64,000 bases of DNA from Mizuhopecten yessoensis. Lineage: Eukaryota. How positions within the stretch are numbered: the stretch's first letter is position 1; each line of letters begins with the position of its first letter. The translations under genes and the position numbers were made by a program. The stretch lies in contig NW_018479971.1 of the NCBI RefSeq assembly GCF_002113885.1, forward strand, positions 90,790 to 154,789, written 5' to 3'. The notes under the pieces were generated by a model that was not told the DNA's origin, made no database searches, and saw nothing but the letters and a program-made list of their open reading frames with translations. Shown here in pieces: positions 50,455-64,000 of this stretch.

Positions 50455-53400
50455 TTAGGACACAATGTGACTAATGTAACATGGATTAGACAGGGGACAA
50501 TGTGATTAATGTTACCTGGATTAGACAGTGGACAATGTGATAAATGTTACCTGGATTAGACAGGGGACAATGTGATCAATGTTACCTGGATTAGACAGGG
50601 GACAATGTGATTAATGTTACATGGATTAGACAGGGGACAATGTGATTATTGTTACCTGGATTAGACAGGGGACAATGTGAATAATGTTACCTGGATTAGA
50701 CAGGGGACAATGTGACTATTGTTACCTGGATTAGACAGAGGACAATGTGACTAATTTTACCTGGATTAGACAGGACACAACGTGACTTATGTTACATGCA
50801 GTAGACAGGGGACAATGTGACTAATGTTGCATGGATTAGACAGGACACAACGTGACTAATGTTACATACATTAGACAGGGGACAATGAGACTCACCTGCA
50901 TTAGACAGGGGACAATGAGACTAACCTGCATTAGACAGGGAACAATGTGACTAATGTTATATGGATTAGAAAGGGGCCAATGAGACTAACCTGCATTAGA
51001 CCGGGGACAATGTGACTAATGTTACATGGATTAGACAGGGGACAATAAGACTAACCCGCATTAGACAGGGGACAATGTGATTAATGTTGCAGGGATTAGA
51101 CAGGACACAACGTGACTTATGTTACATGCAGTAGACAGGGGACAATGTGATTAATGTTGCAGGGATTAGACAGGACACAACGTGACTTATGTTACATGCA
51201 GTAGACAGGGGACAATGTGATTAATGTTATATGGATTAGAAAGGGGGCAATGAGACTAACCTGCATTAGACAGGGGACAATGAGACTAACCTGCATTAGA
51301 CAGGGGACAATGAGACTTACCTGCATTAGACAGGACACAACGTGACTAATGTAACATGCATAAGACAGGAGACACTGTGACTAATGTTATATGGATTAGA
51401 CAGGGGATAATGAGACTAACCTGCACTAGACAGGGGACAATGAGACTAACCTGCATTAGACAGGGGACAATGTGACTAATGTAACATGCATAAGACAGGA
51501 GACACTGTGACTAATGTTATATAGATTAGACAGGGGATAATGAGACTAACCTGCACTAGACAGGGGACAATGAGACTAACCTGCATTAGACAGGGGACAA
51601 TGAGACTAATGTTACATGGATTAGACAGGGGACAATAAGACTAACCTGCATTAGACAGGGGACAATGTGACTAATGTTAAATGGATTAGACAGGGGACAA
51701 TAAGACTAACCTGCATTAGACAGGGGACAATGTGACTAATGTAACATGCATAAGACAGGAGACACTGTGAAAAATGTTATATGGATTAGACAGGGGATAA
51801 TGAGACTAACCTGCACTAGACAGGGGACAATGAGACTAACCTGCATTAGACAGGGGGAAAATGAGACTAATGTTACATGGATTAGACAGGGGACAATGAG
51901 ACTAATGTTACATGGATTAGACAGGGGACAATGTGACTAATGTTACATGGATTAGACAGGGGACAATGAGACTAACCTGCATTAGACAGGGGACGATGAG
52001 ACTAACCTGCATTAGACAGGGGACAATGAGACTAATGTTACATGGATTAGACAGGGGACAATAAGACTAACCTGCATTATACAGGGGACAATGAGACTAA
52101 CCTGCATTAGACAGCGGACAATGAGACTAACCTGCATTAGACAGGGGACAATGAGACTAACCTGCATTAGACAGGGGACAATGAGACTAACCTGCATTAG
52201 ACAGGGGACAATGAGACTAACCTGCATTAGACAGGGGACAATGAGACTAATGTTACATGGATTAGACAGGGGACAATAAGACTAACCTGCATTATACAGG
52301 GGACAATGAGACTAACCTGCATTAGACAGCGGACAATGAGACTAACCTGCATTAGACAGGGGACAATGAGACTAACCTGCATTAGACAGGGGACAATGAG
52401 ACTAACCTGCATTAGACAGGGGACAATGAGACTAACCTGCATTAGACAGGGGACAATGAGACTAACCTGCATTAGACAGGGGACAATGAGACTAACCTGC
52501 ATTAGACAGGGGACAATGAGACTAACCTGCATTAGACAGGGGACAATGAGACTAACCTGCATTAGACAGGGGACAATGTGACTAATGTAACATAGATTAG
52601 ACAGGACACAACGTGACAAATGTAACATGCATTAGACAGGGGACAATGAGACTTATCTACATTATACAGGGGACAATGTGACTAATGTAAAATAGATTAG
52701 ACAGGACACAACGTGACAAATGTAACATGCATTAGACAGGGGACAATGAGACTAACCTGCATTAGACAGGGGACAATGAGACTAACCTGCATTAGACAGA
52801 GGACAACGTGACCAATGTACTGTAACATGCATTATACAGGGGACAATGAGACTAATGTTACACGGATTAGACAGGAGACACTGTGACTAATGTTACAAGG
52901 ATTGGAGAGGGGACGACGTGGCCAATGTTACCTGGATAAGACAGGGGGCAATGTGACTAATATTACCTGCATTAGACAGGGGACAATGTGCCTTATCTTT
53001 ACATGGATTAGACAGGAGACACTGTGACTAATGTTACATGGATTAGAATGGGGACAATGTGACTAATATTACCTGCATTAGGCAGGAGACAATGTGACTA
53101 ATGTTACCTGGTTGGAATATTGGGAAAACGTGACTAATGTTACATGGGTTGGACAGGAGACGACGTGACTAAATATTACCTGGATTGGACAAGAGGACAA
53201 CGTGACTAATATTACCTAAATTGGACAAGAGGACAACGTGACTAATATTACCTGGATGGGACAGTGGGACAACATGACTAATATTACCTGGGTTAAAAAG
53301 GGGACGTCGTGACCAATGTTACCTGGATTGGACAGGGGACAACGTGACCAATGTTACCTGGATTGTACAGGGGACAACGTGACTAATGTTACCTGGATTG

Positions 53401-56400
53401 GACAAGGGGGACGACTTGACTAATGTTACCTGGATTGGACAGGGGACAACGTGACAAATGTTACCTGGATTGGACAGGGGACGACTTGACTAATGTTATC
53501 TGGATTGGACAGGGGGGACGACTTGACTTATGTTACCTGGATTGGACAGTGGGACAACGTGACCAATGTTATCTGGATTGGACAGGGGACAACGTGACCA
53601 ATGTTACCTGGATTGGACAGGGGGGACGCCTTGACTTATGTTACCTGGATTGGACAGGGGACGACTTGACTAATGTTCCCTGGATTGGACAGGGGACAAC
53701 GTGACCAATGTTATCTGGATTGGACAGGGGACAACGTGACCAATGTTACCTGGATTGGACAGGGGACAACGTGACCAATGTTATCTGGATTGGACAGGGG
53801 GGACGACTTGACTTATGTTACCTGGATTGGACAGGGTACGACTTGACTCATGTTATCTGGATTGGACAGGGGACAACCTGACCAATGTTACCTGGATTGG
53901 ACAAGGGACGACTTGACTAATGTTATCTGGATTTGACGGGGGACAACGTGACCAATGTTACCTGGATTGGACAAGGGACGACTTGACTAATGTTATCTGG
54001 ATTGGACAGGGGGGACGACTTGACTTATGTTACCTGGATTGGACAGGGGACTACGTGACCAATGTTACCTGGATTGGACAGGGGGGGACGACTTGACTAA
54101 TGTTATCTGGATCTGGATTGGACAGGGGGAAACGTGACCAATGCTACCTGGATTGGACAGGGGGGACAACGTAACCAATGTTACCTGGATTGGACAGGGG
54201 ACGACTTGACTAATGTTATCTGGATTGGACAGGGGACAACGTGACCAATGTTGCCTGGATTGGACAGGGGACAACCTGACCAATGTTATCTGGATTGGAC
54301 AGGGGGGTCGACTTGACTTATGTTATCTGGATTGGACAGGGGACAACCTGACCAATGTTACCAGGATTGGACAAGGGACAACTTGACTAATGTTATCTGG
54401 ATTGGACAGGGGACAACGTGACCAATGTTCCCTGGATTGGACAGGGGACAACCTGACCAATGTTATCTGGATTGGACAGGTGGGACGACTTGACTAATGT
54501 TATCTGGATTGGACAGGGGGGTCGACTTGACTTATGTTATCTGGATTGGACAGGGGACAACGTGACCAATGTTACCTGGATTGGACAGGGGACAACCTGA
54601 CCAATGTTATCTGGATTGGACAGGGGGGACGACTTGACTAATGTTATCTGGATTGGACAGGGGGGACGACTTGACTTATGTTATCTGGATTGGACAGGGG
54701 ACAACCTGACCAATGTTACCAGGATTGGACAAGGGACAACTTGACTAATGTTATCTGGATTGGACAGGGGACAACGTGACCAATGTTACCTGGATTGGAC
54801 AAGGGACGACTTGACTAATGTTATCTGGATTGGACAGGGGGGACGACTTGACTTATGTTACCTGGATTGGACAGGGGACAACGTGACCAATGTTACCTGG
54901 ATTGGACAGGGGGGACAACGTAACCAATGTTACCTGGATTGGAAAAGGGACGACTTGACTAATGTTATCTGGATTGGACAGGGTGGACGACTTGACTTAT
55001 GTTACCTGAATTTGACAGTGGGATGACGTGACTAATGTTACCTGAGTGGGACGGTGGGACAACGTGACTAATGATACCTGGATTATACAGGGGATAACTA
55101 CATGTAACTTAAGTTACCTGGATTGGACAGGGGACAACGTGATTAATGTTACCTGGATTGTGACAGGAGACAAACTGTAGATAGCGATAGTTTTCTAACA
55201 TAACCAAAACAAAAGCATGTTCAACGCACATTCAACGCTTAAATTAAAACGCACATCAAACGGTCAACGCAAACGCAACGGAAACGCAACGGAATTGCAA
55301 CGCACGTTTGGTAAAAAAGTAAGCTTCAATGAACTGACAGGGGGAAACGTGACTAAAGTGACTTGAGTTGTACAGGGACAACATGACTTGAGTTAACTTG
55401 ATTTTACACGGAACGACGTGAATGGGGTTATCTTGAAAGGACATGGGATGGCATGACTGGTGTTATCAGGAATGGACAGGTGACAAGTTTACTGCCTGGG
55501 TTGTACATATGACAACGTGATTTGGTGTTAACCGAATTGGACTGATGCCAACGCAACTGTCATTACCTGGAACTGACAGAGGACAGAATGACTACAGTTA
55601 CATATATAGAACCGTTGACACAATGTTTTACCTAGAAATAAAAGATAACAGCGTAACAAGTGTTTCCATGATTGAACAGAGGTTACCGTGACTGATTATA
55701 CTTGAATTGGACAGGTAACAACGCCATTGACATAACCTGGATTTGACATGTGACAACACGACTGACATTACCTGGGCTGGACAGGTAACAACGCGACAGA
55801 CATAACTTGGACTGGACAGGTAACAACGCGACAGACATTACTTGGACTTGACAGGTGACAGCGCGACTGACATTACCTGCTTTGGACAGGTATCAACGCG
55901 ATTGTCGTTACCTGTGGACTGGACAGGTGACAGCGCGACTGACATTACCTGTGGACTGGACAGGTGACAGCGCGACTGACATTACCTGTGTACTGGACAG
56001 GTGACAGCGCGACTGACATTACCTGCTTTGGACAGGTATCAACGCGATTGTCATTACCTGGCTTGGGCAGGTAACAACGCTACAGACATTACCTGGACTG
56101 GAAGATAAGATCGCAACTGACATTACCTGAACTAGACAGGTGACAAAGCGACTGATATACCTTGACTAGACAGGTAACAACGCAACTCGCATTACCTGAC
56201 TTTGACAGGTAACAACGCGACTGACGTTACCTGGATTGGACTGGTAACAGCGCGACTGACATTTCCTGGCTTAGGCAGGTGAAAACGCGACTGACATTAC
56301 CTGGATTGGACAGGTGACACCGCGGCTGACATTACCTGGCTTGAACAGGTGACAACGCGACTGACATTGCCTGGACTGGACAGGTTATAACGCGACTGAC

Positions 56401-57000
56401 ACTGCCTTGACTGGACAGGTAACAACGCGACTGACATTATCTGGATTGGACAGGTTATAACGCGACTGACATTACCTTGCTTGGGCAGGTAACAACGCGA
56501 CTGACATTACCTGGACTGGACAGGTTATAACGCGACTGACATTACCTTGCTTGGGCAGGGAACAATGCGACTGACATTACCTGGACTGGACAGGTTATAA
56601 CGTGACTGACATTGCCTGGACTGGACAGGTTATAACGCGACTGACATTGCCTTGACTGGACAGGTAACAACGCGATAGACATTACCTTGCTTGGACAGTG
56701 ACAACGCGACTGACATAACCTGTTTTAGACAGGTATCAAAGCGATTGCCATTACCTTGCTTGAGCAGTTTAACAATGCGACTGACATTGCCTGGACTGGA
56801 CAGGTTATAATGCGACTGGCATTACATAGACTGGACAGATGACAAGGTAATTGACATTAGCAGAATTGGACAGGAGACAAGGTCATTGACATAAGCTGAA
56901 TTGGATAGGAGACAAGGTCATTGACATTACCTTGATTCTACAGGTGACAAGGTCATTGACATTCCCTAGATCGGACAGGTGACATAATATGGAAAAGACA
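50455..57000. repeat. 6.5-kb satellite with a 35-bp register (plus a 30-bp deletion variant), sequence drifting along the array
   Basis: ggattagacaggggacaatgtgactaatgttacct (left), gcattagacaggggacaatgagactaacct (30 bp, ~52000-52580), ggattggacaggggacaacgtgaccaatgttacct (53300-55100) and ggacaggtaacaacgcgactgacattacctggact (55700-56900). Confidence 0.95.
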
Positions 57001-57284
57001 GGATCCTTTGTGACTGGTGTTATCTGTATTGCTTATGGTAGTTCATTAAGTGTTTTGTTTTGATATTTCCTGTTCTGTTCTGTTTAGTGGTGCCAGTAAC
57101 ACAGAATCTGTAGTATCTAACAATAACTATATATTCAAAAGGGCGGAGGTAAACAGCAGTATTGAATTGTCCTGCTAAAGATCACAGCCACCCACACCAA
57201 TGGGATCCAGGCGTACTAACTGACGGAGTTTATGACGGTGTATTACCCAACCGTTATGTTAATGGTAATTTTTGTCTTTTTGAT

Positions 57285-57640
57285 AATAGTAATAATAATT
57301 ATATACAACATTTGATATAGCACCCTATCAAGCTAACATAAGCCACTCTAAAGCTCTTTACAGTACATAGATATACAATTGATACAATTAGCATATACAA
57401 CTTTTGAGGAATTCGCGGGAGCTTCCTTTTCAGGCGCTAACAACATGTACTAATCTTATGCTACCTGGTTAACATCTCCCTATGTGTGTATGCCTGCGTG
57501 TGTGCTGGATGTGTAATGTAATCTGTTTGTAGTGGGACCGTGCTTCCAATATTATCATCTATAGTGCCACCTCACTTAATCTCTACAGCACAGCTACCGC
57601 AACATCAACCCAAGGCCATTTTTTTTTTTTTTAATATGAT
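57285..57640 (-). mobile_element. Degenerate SINE fragments
   Basis: (taa)n plus atttgatatagcacc...aagctctttaca resembles an L2/MIR-like tail in reverse. The tatagtgccacctcactta block is shared with the SINE at 63466-63720. Confidence 0.4.
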
Positions 57641-59214
57641 CGGCCCACGAATGTAATGCAATAATAAACCAAAAATGCAACATCAGTTATAAAACGTCCT
57701 TCACATGGTCGCTTCGTGATACACCAATTCGTGTCGAAGTCCGGTCAACTACTGTGTACATGTAGACGACGTAATTCATTGAATAATGTTTATACAAATG
57801 TACAGCCACTTGATATGTTCATCATATGTCACCTAGTTTTTGAAGAAAAAATAGTTCCGCTGATAAAACTTAGTTCACCTATCGGGCGTTTTGTGTTTGT
57901 GTGCTTGCTCTAATCATGTAAGATTGGACAGCTATTGTTATACACACTGCGTAACTGGAATTAGTCGAATGCCAGCAGTGACCAGGTCATTAACTTTGAT
58001 GGTAGAACGGCACCCTTGAGTACTAAGTCGCTGGGTTCGAATCCTTGTCTAATCCGTTGTATTTTGTCTATCCTTTTATGTTTATGCCAATATGAAACAT
58101 ACCCATGGCAATAGGCAAATGCCAAACACACTGTTGACAGAGGACGAGCGTGAGGCAAGTTAAGTTAATCGCAGACGGTTTCATGACATATTTTGTAGAT
58201 TTACATTTTAGAATCTAAAAGGTCATTCGAAACATGGCCTGGACCATTCCTTTTTACCAGAATCTGTTAGAAATCTATATCAAGTTGAAAATACTTTGTT
58301 TATTACCAGAACTGATGAGATGATAGCTGAACTGTGTTTTTTTTCTGACCGACATCGGATATGTATAAAGACAATACAGATACCGCCCTTACCTCCAGCT
58401 AGCGGGTTCTAATGGGTTTTTTCACGTGTCAATAACGTTAACAATGGCAAGGTCGTTTGAGTGAAACGACATAGTTTGCATTGTCACTTCACGCATAAGG
58501 CTGTATATTACCGTAATACAATTCTCCGAGGACGTCAGGGAAGTTCGCCGAGACAATGATACAGCCTCTGTGTCCTTGTCCAATATATTATTTTACAACT
58601 GGTACTGACACGACCATGCGCGTTTCATGTGACTGACGGCCATAAACCAATTATATTCACCGAATTTTGAAATTTGTTATGATGTGGGTTGAAACTTAAA
58701 ACTCAAAATATTTGCACCCGGTAACTTCCAGGTTGGGAATTTAGATATTTTTCTAACTCCTGACTAGAATGTACATTTTATTGAATCGTTTACGTTTGTG
58801 CATTGCCTTGACTATACATTTTCATATTTTTGTCTGCGATACTATTACCGTTTTGAAAAGCGGAAGAATATATACAGCAATATTAAAGTCGAAAACTGGC
58901 ACCACCTCACAGAAATAAGCAACTTATGAACAAAGTTGCTATCATAGTATGAAGATAGTGCACACCTCTGTAGACTTCGTCTGGTCTGTTATATTGATCA
59001 GGTATTTCCAAATGTATTCTTAGTTAGTGTGTGACCAATCAAGAAACACTACCATTCATGTTGTTACACTCGAAACGCCAAGGTCAATTTTAACCGAAAT
59101 CTTGTGTATGAGGTGAGCAGAAAAGAGTATGTTATTATGTAGGTATAAATGGTATATGTACATGTTACCCCTAGGGTCAGGACCTCCCTCATTCAAACCA
59201 TCGGATACACATAT

Positions 59215-59982
59215 ATAGGATCTGACACTCGTTTTCATTTCATATGACATTTAAGAAACGAGTCTAAGATTTTTTTAAATTTAGCGAAATTCGTGACGAG
59301 TTTCATAAATTTCATATAAATGAAAACGAGTGTAAGATTCTTTTTATCACATAATCAACATTTGTGGCATTTATTCGGGTAAAACGGCAATTTTCATGCA
59401 ACCTTGAAATGTAAAAAGCCGCCATTTTGGCTCCAGTGCGTAAGCTTGTGACGTCATGTACTTGTCCTAGGCGTGACGTCGCAACTGAAACAATTGAATC
59501 TTACAACCAATCAAAGGGCTGATAGGTCATATTACATGGGTTAATACGCAAACAAAAAGTACATGGGTATATTCACTGGATAACACAGTACATTATGTAA
59601 TAGATATGCAAGACCACACACTTGTGTTTTTCTAACGAATCAGAAAGCCCGAGTTTACTGCGCGGATGTATATATTCGTCCTCGCAATAAACGCGTGCTT
59701 TCTGATTCGTAAAAAAAACACAAGTGTGTGGTCTTGCTTTTATCACATACCTTCCGTATTTCGTAGAGATCGATACAAAGATTTTATAAGCTTTGATATT
59801 TTTTGCTAATACCGGGAACTTTTCAGTTCGTCATGACGAGAGGATTCCCATAAAAAAAAGTAGTTCCGGCTAGTAGGTAAATACAACTTTCCGTATTGCA
59901 CATGTGCAAAGCAGAACGTTGTATTTCATGGTCTGGAAATTGCTTGTATCCCTATAACAAGAATCAACAGGTATGTGATAAA
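59215..59982. mobile_element. Two abutting hairpin-ended non-autonomous elements (about 59215-59605 and 59607-59982), Crypton-like by inference
   Basis: Each begins with a long hairpin followed by tttatcacata, and ends with its complement (attatgtaataga at ~59592; ggtatgtgataaa at ~59970). Confidence 0.65.
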
Positions 59983-60899
59983 TTCTTTTATCTTACTTAC
60001 ACATGATAAACTATGTTAGTCCTATTACACAACAAAGAATACTGGAACGTAAACAAACGAGCGATTCGAACTCAAAATTAAGGAAAGAAAGGAAAAAGGA
60101 ATGAAAATAAGACCAGATGTTCCGGAAGAGTAAGCGTTTTCTTCTCAATATACGACACATGGCATATACATCTAGGTCAAATCCAAATCATGCCATGCTC
60201 CAAAAAGGAAGAACCGGGAAAATAATAACGAAACCACACGGTTTTTCATTTCATGTCAACACATTTTACTGACAGATGTAATAGTCAACTGCAAATGGAT
60301 TGAATAACAGGTAAGCCTATATAAATTCTTTCCATGAGTGGCTCAAAATTTTATCAAATATATATACAATGTAGTTACAACAATAATGATTAATAAATTT
60401 AAGGATACTTTGAAATGAATATACTTATTAAAGGATAAGGAGAGTTAACTCCAACACGACAAACACAAAGGGGATCAACTCATCATAGGACATCACAATA
60501 ACAATACACACATACCTCCAACACACATACAATTATTTTCTTATTAAATAAAGCATAGTCACAGTCAGTATATCATATGTACAGAAAGAGTAGACTTTGA
60601 CCAAAAGTCCATGTGCATTTATGTGCACAGGTCATTGCTTCTAATACTGTTTATGAGTAAAAGGTACAAATTTAAATAATGTGACACAAAGGCAATATAA
60701 TATTATGTTTATTATATTGAACAGAAAATAAACAAGATATAACAAACCTACTCAACTATAATCTCATTTATCATAATGCATCAAAAATATTATAATTCGT
60801 TATTCCATTAAATTTCAGATAATGCATCATGGCTTTCTAAGTCATATAAAAATTAAAACACCTAGTTTTTCCAATACAAATCTGAAAATGACTTAGCAT

Positions 60900-62250
60900 C
60901 TGTCTGTTTATATTCAGATCACATGTAGGACAACCTTTAAAAAATATATTTAAATCCATATGGTTATGATTACTAATTATTCAAAGAAGTAAACAGAGTA
61001 TTTCGTTGTTCGATATACAGTGGACAATTGAAGAAATAATGAGAGTCTGTTTCGCATTCAAAAGAACAAGCACAAGTTGGACTATCTATTAAATGGTCAC
61101 GATAAAAATCAGAATTTTAATTACTACAGGAATTTCTTAATTGGCAAAGAATAATATTTACCCTTCTTTCACCGTCGTTTTTAAAAATTGAAGTTACTTC
61201 TCTGTCATTATCTTTATTTTGTAATTTTTTAAACAGAGCAAGAGATGGAGAGTTCCACATTTCAGTATCCATTGTGTTGACATTGCTGTACATAAAGGGG
61301 AAAAAACTGTCGAAATATTTCTTAGCTCTACACATATGTGGGTTAAAGAATCGGGTTTGTCTAAGAGAGTAGGGATTGTTATTATGATTGTTAATAGAAG
61401 GATTTGTGACATTTTGCAAGTATTGAGTACCTGAGTCCATGCATTATCTTAAACATCATTATTTTTTTATGTTTATACCTTCTTGCAGACAGTGTTTCCC
61501 AACCAAGTTTATTATAGAGTTTATTATGTGATGTCCCTGAACGAAGACCAGTTATAATCCTAGCTGCTTCTAGTTGTACAGATTCGAGTAATTCAATAGA
61601 TTATAAGGTGCAATTATCCCATACTATGTCTGCATACTCCAAAATTGGTCTTATAAATGCAATACATATTTTAATTAAGGATTTACGTCCTACCTTAGAT
61701 TTGTTATAACGAAGAATATCTAATCTGTTGTATGCTTTTTCATATATAATCTGTATGTGCTGTTTCCATGATGCATCGTCTGTAAAAGTGAGTCCTAAAT
61801 GTTTATGTGTTTTTGAATCAGTGATTTGATTGTTTTGAAAGGATATTGGGGGTTGTACCTGGCTATGTTTTCTAGAAAAAACAACTGACCTAGTTTTATT
61901 TGGGTTAAAATGTATATCCCATTTATATGCCCACTCACTAATGTTTACAAGGTCATTCGAGAGATCATGGGCTGCCTGAACTGGAATTTTGTCTATGATT
62001 ACATACAGAGAAGTGTCATCTGCAAAAAGTTTAATGTTAGTAGAAACATTGTCAGTAATATCATTAATATAAAGAGAAGACACAGGAGTGGTCGCAGAAT
62101 AGATCCCTGAGGTACCCCTGCATTTATAGTCCTAAACTGAGAGTGATCTGTTAAATAATTTTCAAACCAGAGAAGCAAATTTCCACCAATACCATATGTC
62201 TCAAGTTTATGAATTAGACCTTTATGCCAAACCTTATCAAAAACCACACG
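60900..62250 (-). mobile_element. 5'-truncated CR1-group LINE (RT C-terminal half), pseudogenised
   Basis: FDKVWHKGL, GVPQGSIL, LFADDTSL, KHLG, IRPILEYA..VWD and C-terminal CACS..ETDSHYFFNCPLY. Confidence 0.9.
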
Positions 62251-63465
62251 GTAATGTATATAATCAAAACCTTTGATATAAAATAGCGCACAAAGAATAC
62301 AAATTATTATTTTCACAATGATAGTGACGGCGACCATAAGCTTTGTCCATCATTAACCTCTCTCTCTTAAAACTACGTATTCCAGTCTGTGCATCAGCAT
62401 CCTTTGCCTATCACAGACCTTGTGATATTCGAAGCAAGCCTGTGAATATCGATTCAAAGGATACGATTGAAGGAACATTTAAGGAGCTGTTTCTAAGATT
62501 GATCAATGGATCAATATCCAAATCAATCTACATCAGAAGCAAGCTGAAAATCTACCTCCCCTGTCACTTCTCGTTCATTCTTTCGTACGGCCGACCCTTT
62601 ACCCTCTCCCTTTTAATAGTCCTATAGTGATGTAGCTATTCCTCAATCATACACGTAACTAAGAGTCTTTTCATATTTCTTATCAAGAAAAGATTTGTCA
62701 ATGTTGCAAATCTTAAATTCAAAAAGGGTTCAACATGCACTGTTTAGGTTCCATCTTTGCCAGGTTATTAAATGTACATTACCAACTGCATACCGAGTAG
62801 GAGGTATAGAACTACCACGATACCACTGTGGACATTGTTCGAAGAAAATTGCACGCTTTTTGTTCGGGTGGATTGTGTGAGAATTGGTAATAATGGTTAG
62901 TGTATGCACTTGACGTAACTGAACTCCTCCATTCTGAGGGTGATAAACATCACAGGTCAAGTCTTATTGCACATGGCTGACCTCCTCATATGTACCTGTA
63001 CGTGCCTCTGTGTATCTGTAGTATGTATACACAAGTCTGCATCACAACCTTGTACTCCTTGTTATGACTGCATTCAAAACCATGTCAAAGTAGACTGCAC
63101 CGACTGGTTCAATGCGATAGCATATCATCATGATAAAGATTTGCCTGTCGACATTGATGCATGTATATACAACGATGGAAACGTCATTGACTTATAATGT
63201 CTCAAGGTAGTTCTCACAATAGAATATGTTACATAACACAAATGGTATGCACGGGCACATAGTCCGAGGGTCGTAGATTCCGTGCCTGAATGTGACCGCG
63301 TCCTTGAGCAGGACACCACCCCGTTTTGCTTGCTCGACTCCGCTGGATTAGAGTATCGTGCTGTATTCCTTTATCAAAAAGCGAACGATCTATGTTGTTT
63401 GTATTAGAAAATGTAACATTTTTTCCAGGAATAAAAAATCAGCAAAGAAAGGTTTTTGTCTTGAA

Positions 63466-63720
63466 TGTTTGGTTTGTTTTAATTTTGTTTAACGTCTTAT
63501 TAACAGCTAAGGTCATTGAATGACGTGCCTCTATGTGTGTTGTGTATGCATGCATGCGTGTATGTGTGCCGGAGACAGGGTATTTTGGTGTCTGATGCCG
63601 ACTTTATAGTACTATCTCACTGAAATACCATGCCGAAGGCACCCGTCACGCATTCATTCCGGTCCCATTATACAGACAACGGATGAACCAGTTGCCATTC
63701 CACTTAACAACTACCATTTT
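63466..63720 (-). mobile_element. SINE (reverse), same tail family as 46509-46742
   Basis: gtttaacgtcttattaacagctaaggtcatt...cattatacagacaacggatgaaccagt. Confidence 0.6.
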
Positions 63721-64000
63721 TTATAACTTTCGTATGTCCCGGCCTGTGGACAGAACCCGTTGTCTTCCTCACCTAGGTGAATGCTCAATATTAAAGCCAA
63801 AAATGAGGTATTGCCAAGCAAGGCGCTAGGAAATGAAAGGTAGACAGAAGTTTTAAGAAATATGAAGATCCCAAATATTGCAATGGGTGCAGCAGATTTA
63901 TTTTGGTCGTTTTCGTGTTCCGAAATAGAGGACACAAAAGCAAATCCACAATTTTGCAGGGGGCTCCTACATCAATCTCCTCTTACGATACATGAGCATA

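Noticed and set aside
51746-55026. Repetitive ORFs (MRLTCIRQGT..., MQVSLIVPCL...)
   Set aside because: They are translations of 30/35-bp satellite units, open on both strands by chance, with no splice or promoter support.
57978-58052. tRNA gene
   Set aside because: Box A/B-like motifs (tggtaga, ggttcgaatcc) are present but the acceptor and anticodon stems do not pair. It is a degenerate SINE head at best.

Overview
This is AT-rich eukaryotic (metazoan) genomic DNA. Its repeat families (Helentron/HINE-type element, V/Meta-type SINEs, CR1-group LINEs, DIRS-group retroelement) suggest a bivalve mollusc; that assignment is inference. It is not prokaryotic and has no CRISPR. One clear intact host gene is present: a 4-exon CYP2-clan cytochrome P450 on the minus strand (36969-36624, 28954-28439, 27161-26721, 26452-26259; 498 aa; TATA/Inr promoter). 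A second gene, largely missed by the ORF track, can be spliced by hand on the plus strand (4144-4226, 4403-4499, 4856-4991, 6240-6532; 202 aa). It encodes a signal peptide, a small 2-Cys ectodomain, one TM helix and a Cys-rich cytoplasmic tail whose motif spacing resembles the P2X7 ballast Zn-binding domain. The rest of the window holds a decayed DIRS/PAT-like retrotransposon (gag, RT, RNase H, adenine-methyltransferase-like domain) and two decayed CR1-group LINEs, one with a 2A-like peptide. It also holds several MITEs (TA-flanked, and TAG-ended with 9-bp TSDs), non-autonomous elements with an unusual hairpin-plus-circle-junction architecture, SINEs, and about 17 kb of tandem arrays (units of 23, 28/29, 31, 35, 87 and ~120 bp).
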